Sequence record: PP496441.1
DNA length: 64,000 bases
Reading direction: 5' to 3' (one strand)
In this document: positions 54,469 to 63,590 of the stretch, one piece after another
Position numbering within the stretch: the stretch's first letter is position 1
Layout of the letters: each line of letters opens with the position of its first letter
Translations under genes and position numbers: made by a program
The notes under the pieces: model-generated
The model's input: the letters and a program-made list of their open reading frames with translations, nothing else
Database searches by the model: none
What the model was told of the DNA's origin: nothing

Positions 54469-54953
54469 AGATCCAACGGATTGAAAAGACTACAGTAACT
54501 GATCTGATGCTCCGTGCGTTGGATCAAGGATTCTTAGTCAGCTCGTATCACGACAAGAAGAAACGTCCTGTGGTCATGGTGGTGCGTATCCATGAGGACA
54601 AGATGAAACTGGTCAGTAATACGACGGGCAAGAGCTACGTCCACATGCTGGTTCAGTCGCTCGCTGATTCGCACGCCCTGTTCCCCGGCGTTCGGGACGT
54701 AGATGCACCCGTGGCTAAGAAAGACCTTACCCCACTGCTGGTGCAGGCAATGGAACGCGGATTCCGTGTTCACGGCGGCGGTCCATGGGAGAAAGGTGAC
54801 ACCACCTATTCAGTGATGATCTCACGGGATACTGACACCGAGGTCCTTGTCCTCGCAGCTGCGACGGAACCAGATCACTGCGACGCGCTGGAGAGGGCGT
54901 TGACACGGGCGCTGGAGCGCTTCGGCCAGGTAGTCCCGATCACCAAAAAATAA
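54465..54953 (+). CDS. Hypothetical protein
   Basis: ATGA overlap. Confidence 0.7.
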   Translation: MKIQRIEKTTVTDLMLRALDQGFLVSSYHDKKKRPVVMVVRIHEDKMKLVSNTTGKSYVHMLVQSLADSHALFPGVRDVDAPVAKKDLTPLLVQAMERGFRVHGGGPWEKGDTTYSVMISRDTDTEVLVLAAATEPDHCDALERALTRALERFGQVVPITKK

Positions 54954-54956
54954 AGT

Positions 54957-54985
54957 TTGACAGCCAAAACTGTCTCTGGTACAAT
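54957..54985 (+). promoter_or_regulatory. sigma70 promoter
   Basis: TTGACA-17 bp-TACAAT. Confidence 0.85.
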
Positions 54986-55035
54986 GTATGTGCCGCGCCG
55001 TAAAGCGGCACACTACCCGAAGTGAAGGAACCGAG

Positions 55036-55938
55036 ATGACCAAAACATTAGCGCTGGCTCCTATGGAGAAAGCAAATCTGATACAGGACGCTGAGTTCGC
55101 CGCGACCGCCATCAAAGAGTTGCTGACCCTGCTGATCGAGACCACTACCGAGTTGAAGAAAGAGCACGAAGACCCAATGTCTGCGGCCAAAGCTCGGTGT
55201 GATGAGTTGAATAAGACGGTGACCAAGATTGTGTCGTCGCACAACGCCAAGAACCCTGAATTCATGTTGGCTATCGAGTCTGTGACCCGAGTGATCAACC
55301 ATACCGTCTCAATCATGGACTTGACCAAACGTCGAGGATTGAGAGTCGGTAAACCCTATCTCCTAAGCTACAAGAAAGAGCTGGCTGACAAGCTGGTTCA
55401 ACTCGTAGACTTTCATCAGTTCTCTAAAGGACTGCCCGTAAAAGGGACGAAAGACGCCTTGTCTGATACCGTGGTAGCACTCGCCGCCGATGCCGACAGC
55501 ATCGATGCAAAGGTGAAGGCTAGCTCGGACAACTCCAAGAACCCTGTGTTCATGATGGAGATGAATATCGTCCCGCCGTTCAACTACTTCTACGTACAAC
55601 CCCGCAAGTTCCTGCTCCACAAGCTCGCCTTCGACCGCATCGGCAAAGGTGACAACAGCGACTTCATCGTGCTGAAGAAGCAAAAGGTTCTGGTGGTGGA
55701 CAACGTTGCCGCCGAGAACTACAAGATGGAACCGCTGGAGCTGGCCGCTACGCTGATCGAAGCCATCAATCTGAAACGCCCCGCTGGCACATCAGAGCTG
55801 GCGATGGTGATGGAAGAGCATGCGTCACTCAAAGGTAGTTCAGGCTACACGTTCTACTGGGTGGTTCCTCTGCCCACGCTTCACGTGCTGCAACCCATCA
55901 TCGGCCAAGGTACCCTCGCTTGGGGCTTGGCAGTCTAA
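55036..55938 (+). CDS. Hypothetical protein
   Basis: RBS AAGGA; start MTKTLAL. Confidence 0.75.
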   Translation: MTKTLALAPMEKANLIQDAEFAATAIKELLTLLIETTTELKKEHEDPMSAAKARCDELNKTVTKIVSSHNAKNPEFMLAIESVTRVINHTVSIMDLTKRRGLRVGKPYLLSYKKELADKLVQLVDFHQFSKGLPVKGTKDALSDTVVALAADADSIDAKVKASSDNSKNPVFMMEMNIVPPFNYFYVQPRKFLLHKLAFDRIGKGDNSDFIVLKKQKVLVVDNVAAENYKMEPLELAATLIEAINLKRPAGTSELAMVMEEHASLKGSSGYTFYWVVPLPTLHVLQPIIGQGTLAWGLAV

Positions 55939-55968
55939 TCCGTTCACCCACCATAAAGAGTAATTGAA

Positions 55969-56475
55969 ATGGCAAAAGGTAAAACCCCGCTGTATCTGAG
56001 CTACATTGACACCATCAATGGTCTGCTCAACTCCATCAAGTTCTCGGCAGAACTGCCGGTGCACAAGAAGTCCATCGACCGTTCGGGTCGTAACGTTGAG
56101 TGGTTGCGCAAGGGGATCAAGCGTGGTAAGCTGACCATCCCCGGTGTCGATATCGGCAACGAGTTCTGGAAGCTGGCTCAACTGCTGGAGGTGGAAGCAC
56201 CGGTCTACGGCACAGACGTTGTTCCTGTGATGACTGCTGTAGACCTTGGTAAGAAAGAGAGCGGTGGGTTGAAGCCTGGTGAGTTCGCCACCGTCTCGGC
56301 AACCACGGACCCGTCCAAGTCTGAAGTAGCTCTGAGCAGTATCGAGCAACGTGAAGGTCGTATCCCTGCGCATAAGCGTTCGATCAGCAAGAGCCGTCAC
56401 TTCGCCGAGAACTACGGCACCAATGCAGACGTGACGGCCAGCACCAAGACCCTCGACAAGTATGAAACCCGCTAA
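55969..56475 (+). CDS. Hypothetical basic protein
   Basis: 168-aa ORF. Confidence 0.75.
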   Translation: MAKGKTPLYLSYIDTINGLLNSIKFSAELPVHKKSIDRSGRNVEWLRKGIKRGKLTIPGVDIGNEFWKLAQLLEVEAPVYGTDVVPVMTAVDLGKKESGGLKPGEFATVSATTDPSKSEVALSSIEQREGRIPAHKRSISKSRHFAENYGTNADVTASTKTLDKYETR

Positions 56476-56953
56476 CCTCAAAGCTCTCGGGATTGACACC
56501 CGACCCGGAGCGATGAACATTCCTGACGGAAGGTGCTGGGTGTGCCCGGCGGTAGCGGGGCTGGAAGACCATCACATCATTCCGCGACACTGCGGCGGTG
56601 AAGGTGGGCCACAAGTCAGATTGTGCGGCGTGTGTCATACGTCGATTCACAATCTGGCCAACAACAAGAAAGTGCTGGCGCAAGAGATTGAACCACTGGA
56701 GATCCATGAGTACAACAAGGCTTGGTCCGACGCGCTGATGTTGCGCAAAGGTCATGCACTGGCGTATGTCATTGCGAAGTCCAACAAGGTGACGAAGGGG
56801 GACGCCAACAGGAAGGTTAAGTTCGCCACCACGTTCGACGGACTCACCAGCAGGCAGTTGAAGCAACTCAAGAAGAGCATGGGCTGCACAAGCCTTGACC
56901 AAACAATAGTGACGTTGATAAAACAGGCCCACGGGCGACTGTTTAGGGGATAG
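56462..56953 (+). CDS. HNH endonuclease
   Basis: CWVC...EDHHIIPRHCGG...LCGVCHTSIH. Confidence 0.85.
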   Translation: MKPANLKALGIDTRPGAMNIPDGRCWVCPAVAGLEDHHIIPRHCGGEGGPQVRLCGVCHTSIHNLANNKKVLAQEIEPLEIHEYNKAWSDALMLRKGHALAYVIAKSNKVTKGDANRKVKFATTFDGLTSRQLKQLKKSMGCTSLDQTIVTLIKQAHGRLFRG

Positions 56954-56955
56954 AG

Positions 56956-57879
56956 ATGACCAAAAGTACTTCAGCTAACCAGAAGCAATTGAAAGACGTA
57001 GTTAGCTCACCGAAGCCATTCAATACAAAGCTAGAGCTGTATGTAGAAGATCATTTGTATTTCGATACGAAGAAGCCGTCGATCAAGGCGTCTTTCTCCG
57101 AGCTGGGGTTACAGCCGTTCGCCAAGGCACCGTCCAAAGGGTTCATCCCTAATCTGTCCAAGCTGGCCCGCTCCACCAACGGACCCGAACTGTTCCAGCA
57201 TCTGGGCTCCCTCACCCAGAACCTAGATGCCAGCCAACTACGGCTGCTGTCCGTGGTGTTCAACAACATGGCGAAGATGGAAGCCCATGGCTTGAATTTC
57301 GGCCAGAAGGTTTACGTCAACGTCTCAAGCCCGCGCATCGAGTTCGTCGAGTGCTACGTCGAGGCCATCGTGATCGGCGTCGAGTCGGAACATCCAGAGT
57401 CCCCGGTGTTCCTGAGCGTAGCCTTCGAGAAGATGGCGGCAGATGCTCCGATGTGTTGGTCAATGCCCACCAGTTCTTTCCTGACCGAACGCCAGTTCCG
57501 GCTGCTGCGTAAGAGGCTGCGTGCGGAAGGCAAGACCAGTGTACCGGACAAGATTCGCAAGGAACACTTGTGCTGGGAACGCGAGAACTTCGGTAAGCCG
57601 TCGAACCGGTTGTCCGTTGACGAGACTGTTCAAACCATCGACACCGTCTCGGAGGACTGGCTCAACAGCAACGTCCTCTCACTGCTCGATCCGTATGTGG
57701 ATCCGACAGCACTGGAAGAGACCGAAGTGGCCGATGTCGAAGTGGTTGAAGAGAAGAAGACGCGAACCCGTGGTCCACGGAATCGTCGTGCAGAAGATAA
57801 GCAGACGCTTAGCCAAACTAAGGTCAAGTCGTCTGGTTCAGTGAAGATGAGCAACAACAGCATCTCCATCGTTCACTGA
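56956..57879 (+). CDS. Hypothetical protein
   Basis: 307-aa ORF in the operon. Confidence 0.75.
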   Translation: MTKSTSANQKQLKDVVSSPKPFNTKLELYVEDHLYFDTKKPSIKASFSELGLQPFAKAPSKGFIPNLSKLARSTNGPELFQHLGSLTQNLDASQLRLLSVVFNNMAKMEAHGLNFGQKVYVNVSSPRIEFVECYVEAIVIGVESEHPESPVFLSVAFEKMAADAPMCWSMPTSSFLTERQFRLLRKRLRAEGKTSVPDKIRKEHLCWERENFGKPSNRLSVDETVQTIDTVSEDWLNSNVLSLLDPYVDPTALEETEVADVEVVEEKKTRTRGPRNRRAEDKQTLSQTKVKSSGSVKMSNNSISIVH

Positions 57880-57943
57880 TACCGATCCGCTGTATACCTT
57901 AAGTTGCTTATACCTTCAATACAACGAACCGAGATTCTGATAC

Positions 57944-59023
57944 ATGAAGATTACAAATGTGCATTCCACCCTACTCAATCTTGGAGTTAACCGATCACTG
58001 CTGGAGCAAGCGGTTCAGGTTACATTGAGTGCGTTGATGCGACTGATCTCAGTTGACGCATACTGTAAGAAGATGAAGAAAGACTTCGGCATCGTGATGA
58101 ACACTCAAGTGTTCAACGACACCTTCGACAACGGCTACTATCTGAAACATGTCAAGCTTTATCTGGCGTGGTGTGTCGGCAAGAAGCTGACGGACAGCAT
58201 CGACATCCGCCGGGCAGGTCGCCAGTTCGAACTGGACGCCAAAGATCGTCAGCTGGTCAACCTGATGAAACCCGCCGACCGCAAGATGGTACTGAGCAAG
58301 ATCAATCCGGAAGTCGAACTGTACGCGTCACCCAAGGTGATGGACATCAAGATTGGTGCGGCCATCGACTCGCTGACAGATCACATCGGCAAGTTCACCA
58401 ACAAGAAGTTGACCTTCACCACGAAGGGTACTGGCCGGGATAAGGATGACGTGCACAGTGATCTTCGTATCGCCGCGTTGCGTGCCGCCTACAAGACCTA
58501 CCCGTTCCAGCTGTGTGACTTGCATCTCCTCAACTCGATGAAGTCTGCCATCCACAACGTCGGCATCAACCTGATCCAGTCCGCCACGACCAAGAGTCGT
58601 CAAGTAATGGTCAAGGAAGATGATGAGTTCATAATGTTGCGCGAGAACTTCGACTTCTACGGCAGCCATAACGACGTGGCGTCGGTCGTGAGCAGTTGCG
58701 GGCTGGACGGGGGCGCCGCTATGGGCTCAGGCGGGTGTTCCACCACTGACAGCATTACGTATCAGCAGTTGGTGTCCCAAGTCAAAGGCCGGGCAGCACA
58801 GTTCCTCGTAATGCTGGCCGGTCACTACTCGGAAAGGTTCTCCGCGTACTTGCGACAGATCGGCATCAACAAAGACAATGATGAATGGTCCCAAGCAGTT
58901 CTCACCGGTCGGCGCACGTCCATCCAGCGCTACTGTGAGATCATCGCAGACTATTGCAAAGTCCCCCACGAGATTGCCAACAAACTGCTAGCAGGTTATC
59001 GCCAGCAGATGGCCGTAATGTAA
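57944..59023 (+). CDS. Hypothetical protein, possible divergent sigma70-family factor
   Basis: DKDDVHSDLRIAALRAAYKTY...MKSAIHNVGINLIQSATTKSR resembles sigma region 2; helical C-terminus. Confidence 0.4.
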   Translation: MKITNVHSTLLNLGVNRSLLEQAVQVTLSALMRLISVDAYCKKMKKDFGIVMNTQVFNDTFDNGYYLKHVKLYLAWCVGKKLTDSIDIRRAGRQFELDAKDRQLVNLMKPADRKMVLSKINPEVELYASPKVMDIKIGAAIDSLTDHIGKFTNKKLTFTTKGTGRDKDDVHSDLRIAALRAAYKTYPFQLCDLHLLNSMKSAIHNVGINLIQSATTKSRQVMVKEDDEFIMLRENFDFYGSHNDVASVVSSCGLDGGAAMGSGGCSTTDSITYQQLVSQVKGRAAQFLVMLAGHYSERFSAYLRQIGINKDNDEWSQAVLTGRRTSIQRYCEIIADYCKVPHEIANKLLAGYRQQMAVM

Positions 59024-59034
59024 GGAGAGCTGTC

Positions 59035-59250
59035 ATGCCCCGTATCGTAGTCCATCCCTCTGAGAGTCACTGGTTCAGGGGGTTAAAGTTCGCCGAGAAG
59101 TTGTATCTAAAAGATGGACTCACTTTAGAAGAAGTTGAGACGTGTCTGAATATCAACCGACGCGCCCTTCTCCGAGATGAAGAATACCTACGGGGCGTTG
59201 ATGACTATCTGGGGTATGCCCGTGAGAAGCTCCGGGCTGTCCATCACTAA
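59035..59250 (+). CDS. Hypothetical protein
   Basis: RBS AAGGAG. Confidence 0.75.
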   Translation: MPRIVVHPSESHWFRGLKFAEKLYLKDGLTLEEVETCLNINRRALLRDEEYLRGVDDYLGYAREKLRAVHH

Positions 59251-59267
59251 TAAAAGAGGAAACGACC

Positions 59268-59405
59268 ATGCGTCGAGCCCAACGTACATCTCAAGGCTTC
59301 AAGAACGGTTCCCACAATCGCAAGATGAAGGACCACCGCAAACAACTCAACCAACCTCAAACCGAAGTACCGAAGGTTTGGGAAGCACTGGCGGAACTGG
59401 CATGA
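59268..59405 (+). CDS. Small basic protein (45 aa; not in the ORF track)
   Basis: MRRAQRTSQGFK...EALAELA; RBS GAGGA; ATGA overlap with the next gene. Confidence 0.6.
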   Translation: MRRAQRTSQGFKNGSHNRKMKDHRKQLNQPQTEVPKVWEALAELA

Positions 59406-60091
59406 AAGACTACACACTGATCGTAATCTCCGGCACGCATCGCACCGGTAAGACCACCATGATGCAGGAGTTCGTCAAACAGAACCCTGAGTTCCAGATA
59501 CTGCCGTTCACTGTGACCAACATCTGGCACAATGTGTTCGGCGACCGTCCGTACACCATGGATCTGGAACCCTATGATCGTCTGCTGCTCCAGTTCGGTC
59601 TGCTTAATGCGTGGATTATGTGTGTTACAGATCACGTTGCCAAAGGTGGAAAGTGGATCGTTGATCGAGGTCCACTTGACTTCGCCACATACATGCGTCT
59701 CGGATTGATCGACTGCATGAACCACGATGTCAATCTGCAAGCCGAACAGTTCGTGCTCAACTGCATCCAGGCCACGGCGGGGCTTGTCAGTTACGAAATC
59801 TTGGTCAGTCCTGTTCTGCACCGGATCAACGGGGATATGGTAGAGGATGATGTCACGAAGCTCACCGGCAAGGTGGGGCTGATGAATCAGACGGTGTTCC
59901 ATTCCATCCTGCGTGACGTGGCCCAAGACACCCTCCGGTCCAGCATCTGCAGCGGGTACTCGGTTGGGCAACTGATCAATCTGCAGGAGTTGCCTACCGA
60001 GATCATTCATCTTGGGGATCGTGTCAATTGGCTGCGGGAGGTGATCGATGCCAAACAAAAAGGAAAGGCCCGCCTACAGCCAACCCGCTAA
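59402..60091 (+). CDS. P-loop NMP/dNMP-kinase-like protein (AAA_28/thymidylate-kinase type)
   Basis: VISGTHRTGKTT, WIVDRGPLDFATY. Confidence 0.7.
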   Translation: MKDYTLIVISGTHRTGKTTMMQEFVKQNPEFQILPFTVTNIWHNVFGDRPYTMDLEPYDRLLLQFGLLNAWIMCVTDHVAKGGKWIVDRGPLDFATYMRLGLIDCMNHDVNLQAEQFVLNCIQATAGLVSYEILVSPVLHRINGDMVEDDVTKLTGKVGLMNQTVFHSILRDVAQDTLRSSICSGYSVGQLINLQELPTEIIHLGDRVNWLREVIDAKQKGKARLQPTR

Positions 60092-61580
60092 GGCGTTCTC
60101 CGTCGGCGTACGGTTACTGGGGCGCCTGTGGTGGGAGCCTGCCAGCGGCAAGCATCGGCGGTTCGCCACAGTCAATCTGCCCCACGCCGCGCTCACGCTG
60201 TACATGGCAGATAGTGCGGGTGGTACGCAACTGAGTGTGACCACTCGTCTGAGCCGCCGCACATCCAAGAAAGATAAGAAGCCCAAGTCCGCGTATATAG
60301 ACCTTGGACACTATCTCGACTACCAACATGCCAGCAAGGCAGCGCTCGGGAAGCTCAAAGAGTTTCTCGACAATAATCCGGAGCACTGTGTCATGCCTGA
60401 AGTCAACACCGCAACAAAGCTGGACATCACGCTGGATCAGATGAAGTCGTTACTCGACGCTGCCGGGGTGAAAGAACATACTGCTGACACCCTGTGCCGC
60501 GTGTTCATGCCGGTCCCAATCAAAGGTGATCCTACCGATGGTCAGTCCAAACTCTCCATTGCGCTGGCAAAGCTGACCGACGACATCGACGCGATCTCCG
60601 GGATGTTCGACGCGGCAGAAGGTTTTACCGCCATGGACTTCTGTCAGGCGGACGTGGCCTTCCAGAAGTTAATGCGACTGATCAACATCAAACCCCATGA
60701 CCTGGACTCGGGTGGCGAAGAGATCAGCAAGTCGATCAATCGTTTGGTCACCAGCATGTGGCGGTTCAAGATTGATCCGGCACCCTATCTGCTGGAACTG
60801 GGTTTGGACCCAGATCAGTCCACTGTGCTTGCCATGGAGAAGAAGCTGGTGGAAGTGTACGATGTTGAACCTGAGTTCATGCAGATGATGGAGTCCCAGT
60901 TGTCTAAGGCAGACATAGTTCGGGCTAACCAGCTTCGGTGGGGTTCAACAGACCTGAAACGTTACTTGCGAGACAACGGGTTACATATCCGTATGATCTT
61001 TAGCGACCCCGACAAAACCCCCTACGTAAAACGGTCCGTGTTCGTGTGCGATCTTGATGTCGTCAGCGTGGACGCGTTGGTAGATTCAGGTATTCTTTCG
61101 GCCAGTACCACTGAGCCTGATCTCATGTACCGAGCTTTCAACAGTCAGACGTGGAACCGTAAGCAAGCTCGTTACCTAGTAATCCAGAAAGAGACGTGGG
61201 ATTTCCTTGATGCCAAAGGGTTAGAGTCCTTGGAAATTGAGGTAGCAGGATTACAACCGCATGTACTGGAAGGGTATGTTACACCGGAAAATGGAGAGTG
61301 GCCGGAAGATGTTGCCAACTATTTGGTAGACCTGGGATTCCGGAAACACGGGCATGCAGGTAGTGAATGTTACGTCATGCGACAACCATCTGGGATTAGC
61401 AAGAACGATTTCATTCGTAATCTGATCGACGCCCGTATACTTCGGGTCGACGGTACAGGGCACTATGCCAAAGTACGAGCCTTCACCGACGGTTTCAAGT
61501 CGAAGATTTACAAGTCCGACATCGATGAGTATCTGATCCTCCACGTTGACAACTGGCAGACGTCGTCCACGGCGCGCTGA
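60048..61580 (+). CDS. Hypothetical protein (510 aa)
   Basis: Long ORF followed by a terminator; no motif recognised. Confidence 0.8.
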   Translation: MPNKKERPAYSQPAKAFSVGVRLLGRLWWEPASGKHRRFATVNLPHAALTLYMADSAGGTQLSVTTRLSRRTSKKDKKPKSAYIDLGHYLDYQHASKAALGKLKEFLDNNPEHCVMPEVNTATKLDITLDQMKSLLDAAGVKEHTADTLCRVFMPVPIKGDPTDGQSKLSIALAKLTDDIDAISGMFDAAEGFTAMDFCQADVAFQKLMRLINIKPHDLDSGGEEISKSINRLVTSMWRFKIDPAPYLLELGLDPDQSTVLAMEKKLVEVYDVEPEFMQMMESQLSKADIVRANQLRWGSTDLKRYLRDNGLHIRMIFSDPDKTPYVKRSVFVCDLDVVSVDALVDSGILSASTTEPDLMYRAFNSQTWNRKQARYLVIQKETWDFLDAKGLESLEIEVAGLQPHVLEGYVTPENGEWPEDVANYLVDLGFRKHGHAGSECYVMRQPSGISKNDFIRNLIDARILRVDGTGHYAKVRAFTDGFKSKIYKSDIDEYLILHVDNWQTSSTAR

Positions 61581-61593
61581 CCGAGTGACCAAG

Positions 61594-61624
61594 AGCCCTG
61601 TGCCAGTACGGACGGGGCTTTTTT
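61594..61624 (+). terminator. Terminator
   Basis: AGCCCTG...CGGGGCT followed by a T run. Confidence 0.7.
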
Positions 61625-61641
61625 GCATCTGAAAATAAATG

Positions 61642-61671
61642 TTGCACGCCGTAATGCCCATGTGCTATACT
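61642..61671 (+). promoter_or_regulatory. sigma70 promoter
   Basis: AT-rich UP element, TTGCAC-18 bp-TG-n-TATACT. Confidence 0.7.
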
Positions 61672-61716
61672 GGAATCACGGGAACTCCCCGCCACTATCC
61701 CACTGAGGAAAACGCC

Positions 61717-61980
61717 ATGACTACTACCCAGATGAAAGCCCCAGCCCGCCCGGTCCAGTATCAGGTCGCTGTCGCCATTTTCATTACGTGCACCGCAATC
61801 TCCGTCGTGATCGGTTTGCACCACTTGTTCTGGATGATGGTGTTCGGCTTCACCCCGGCAGGTGTGGTTGACTTTTCTTCACCGATCATCTTCGGCCATG
61901 CCAACGTCACCGCCCCACTCCTGATCGTCACGGCTCTGGTTGCCGTGTTCACTTGGCAGCTCGTTGACGTGGAGGCTTGA
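61717..61980 (+). CDS. Small membrane protein with two transmembrane segments
   Basis: RBS GAGGA; two hydrophobic segments. Confidence 0.7.
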   Translation: MTTTQMKAPARPVQYQVAVAIFITCTAISVVIGLHHLFWMMVFGFTPAGVVDFSSPIIFGHANVTAPLLIVTALVAVFTWQLVDVEA

Positions 61981-61982
61981 TC

Positions 61983-62327
61983 ATGGGCCATCGTAGCAAG
62001 TTCCCATCGCTGGACAAGCAGGCCCGTGAACTGGAAGCCATGCGCAAGTATCTGGGCTTGGGTACATCGGTCGTCACCCCGCTGGTCGAACAAAATCTGG
62101 TTCCGGTCACCACCGTCAAGCGGGCAGGTTGGAACGTGTCGCTGTGGATCATGCCGAAAGACGGATACGTTCCCGAGTTTCTGGAAGTGTTCATCACCAT
62201 CATGGACAGACAGCTCGCATGGGACTCGGCTATCCAGTCGATCCCTAAGACCCACAAGCTGCACTTCGTCGTTGACTGCATCTACGTTTACGAAGTCAAA
62301 GAATGGCACCCGGAGACATCGCGATGA
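61983..62327 (+). CDS. Hypothetical protein
   Basis: RBS GGAGG. Confidence 0.7.
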   Translation: MGHRSKFPSLDKQARELEAMRKYLGLGTSVVTPLVEQNLVPVTTVKRAGWNVSLWIMPKDGYVPEFLEVFITIMDRQLAWDSAIQSIPKTHKLHFVVDCIYVYEVKEWHPETSR

Positions 62328-62581
62328 ATGCCCAAGAAAGAGCTGCACCTAAGTTCGTGATCAAGAAAGACGGCAAGTATCACGCCGGTTCTTCTTACGC
62401 CACGGGGTACGGCTACCGCAACAGCTGGAGCAAGACGATCGAGGGTGCACGAATCTTCGTCCCGGCGAACTCCCGTGTTAATAGTGACGCCGGTGCGCTT
62501 GAGAACATCGCCGCCCGGCTAAAAGGCAAGATTATTCAAGTTACCCTCAATGCAGCTAACCGATACGTAGAGGTACTCTGA
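62324..62581 (+). CDS. Hypothetical protein
   Basis: ATGA overlap; RBS GGAG. Confidence 0.7.
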   Translation: MNAQERAAPKFVIKKDGKYHAGSSYATGYGYRNSWSKTIEGARIFVPANSRVNSDAGALENIAARLKGKIIQVTLNAANRYVEVL

Positions 62582-62582
62582 C

Positions 62583-63011
62583 ATGCAACTGACCAATCAG
62601 CAACTGACCGCCCGTGAAAAAGAGTACTGTGTGAACCGCTTGAAAGGTTACCGCAATGAGATCAAGACGCTGCGCAACTGGGAGCATCGGGACAAGGTCA
62701 AGCGGCCGCATCGCGTCCCTAGTCTTCGTGCACAGCGCATCAATGACATCCGCCGGGCGGTGTTCTACCGAGGCATCCTGCGCGGCACCGTTGAACTGCC
62801 GCTTGCCAATCTGGGCCACAACCGATTCATCACGCCCGCCGTGCCACTCGGATACACCATCACCCAGAACCGAGACGGCGTGTGGGGATGGGAGTCCGCC
62901 ACTGCCCCCGAGTCGCATCACAAGTCTGGCTTCGATATGTATCTAGTGGCGCTAATGGATTGCGTCCGGGCACAAGGTCCGACCTACGCCGCTGCCGCCG
63001 TATCGTACTAA
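62583..63011 (+). CDS. Hypothetical protein
   Basis: RBS GAGGT; followed by a terminator. Confidence 0.7.
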   Translation: MQLTNQQLTAREKEYCVNRLKGYRNEIKTLRNWEHRDKVKRPHRVPSLRAQRINDIRRAVFYRGILRGTVELPLANLGHNRFITPAVPLGYTITQNRDGVWGWESATAPESHHKSGFDMYLVALMDCVRAQGPTYAAAAVSY

Positions 63012-63016
63012 CAGAC

Positions 63017-63047
63017 AGCCCATGTGGTTTCGGCCCATGGGCTTTTT
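63017..63047 (+). terminator. Terminator
   Basis: AGCCCATG...CATGGGCT-T4. Confidence 0.8.
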
Positions 63048-63054
63048 CCTCTTT

Positions 63055-63062
63055 GTAAATAG
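63055..63062 (+). promoter_or_regulatory. GTAAATAG motif
   Basis: Immediately after the terminator, about 28 nt before the ATG. Confidence 0.55.
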
Positions 63063-63089
63063 TCCGCATAACCCAACGAGGTACCTGCT

Positions 63090-63581
63090 ATGAAATTTCC
63101 AACGACTAACGATGTGGTAGAGATGTTGACCAACTCTGAATGGTATGTGATGACCATCGGATGGATACTTGTCTTCGTGATCGCCATGCAGTTCTCATGG
63201 ATCCTCTGGAACGTGGTGCTCCGCTTCCTCAAGTGTTATGCTAGAGGGTTCAGCTTTGGGCTGATGACTACCTACGTGGCTATCCGTTCTGGCGCGCCGA
63301 TCCAGTACGTCCTGTTCTATCTCTTGGTTGAGACGATATTACTTGCACCTTTCCATTTTATACGAGAGGAGATGTTCTCTGGTGTTCATTACTCCAGTAT
63401 GACTCTGGCCAACGGCGGTACATGGTCCGGGACCTTCCAGTGGTACATCCGTAAGGAGATAACCCGCAAAAGCTGGAACCAATGGGAAGCAGAGATGCTG
63501 GAGGAAAAAGCCAAGCGGGCAGAGATCGCTAAGCGTAACCGTGAAGACTATCTGCGTGACCCTGACAACTTCGACGTGTGA
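63090..63581 (+). CDS. Membrane protein
   Basis: RBS GAGGT; multiple hydrophobic segments. Confidence 0.7.
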   Translation: MKFPTTNDVVEMLTNSEWYVMTIGWILVFVIAMQFSWILWNVVLRFLKCYARGFSFGLMTTYVAIRSGAPIQYVLFYLLVETILLAPFHFIREEMFSGVHYSSMTLANGGTWSGTFQWYIRKEITRKSWNQWEAEMLEEKAKRAEIAKRNREDYLRDPDNFDV

Positions 63582-63590
63582 GATCCCCGA

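Noticed and set aside
56462-56953. HNH gene as a mobile intron-encoded homing element
   Set aside because: It is free-standing and coupled within an operon, with no interrupted host gene or intron structure seen
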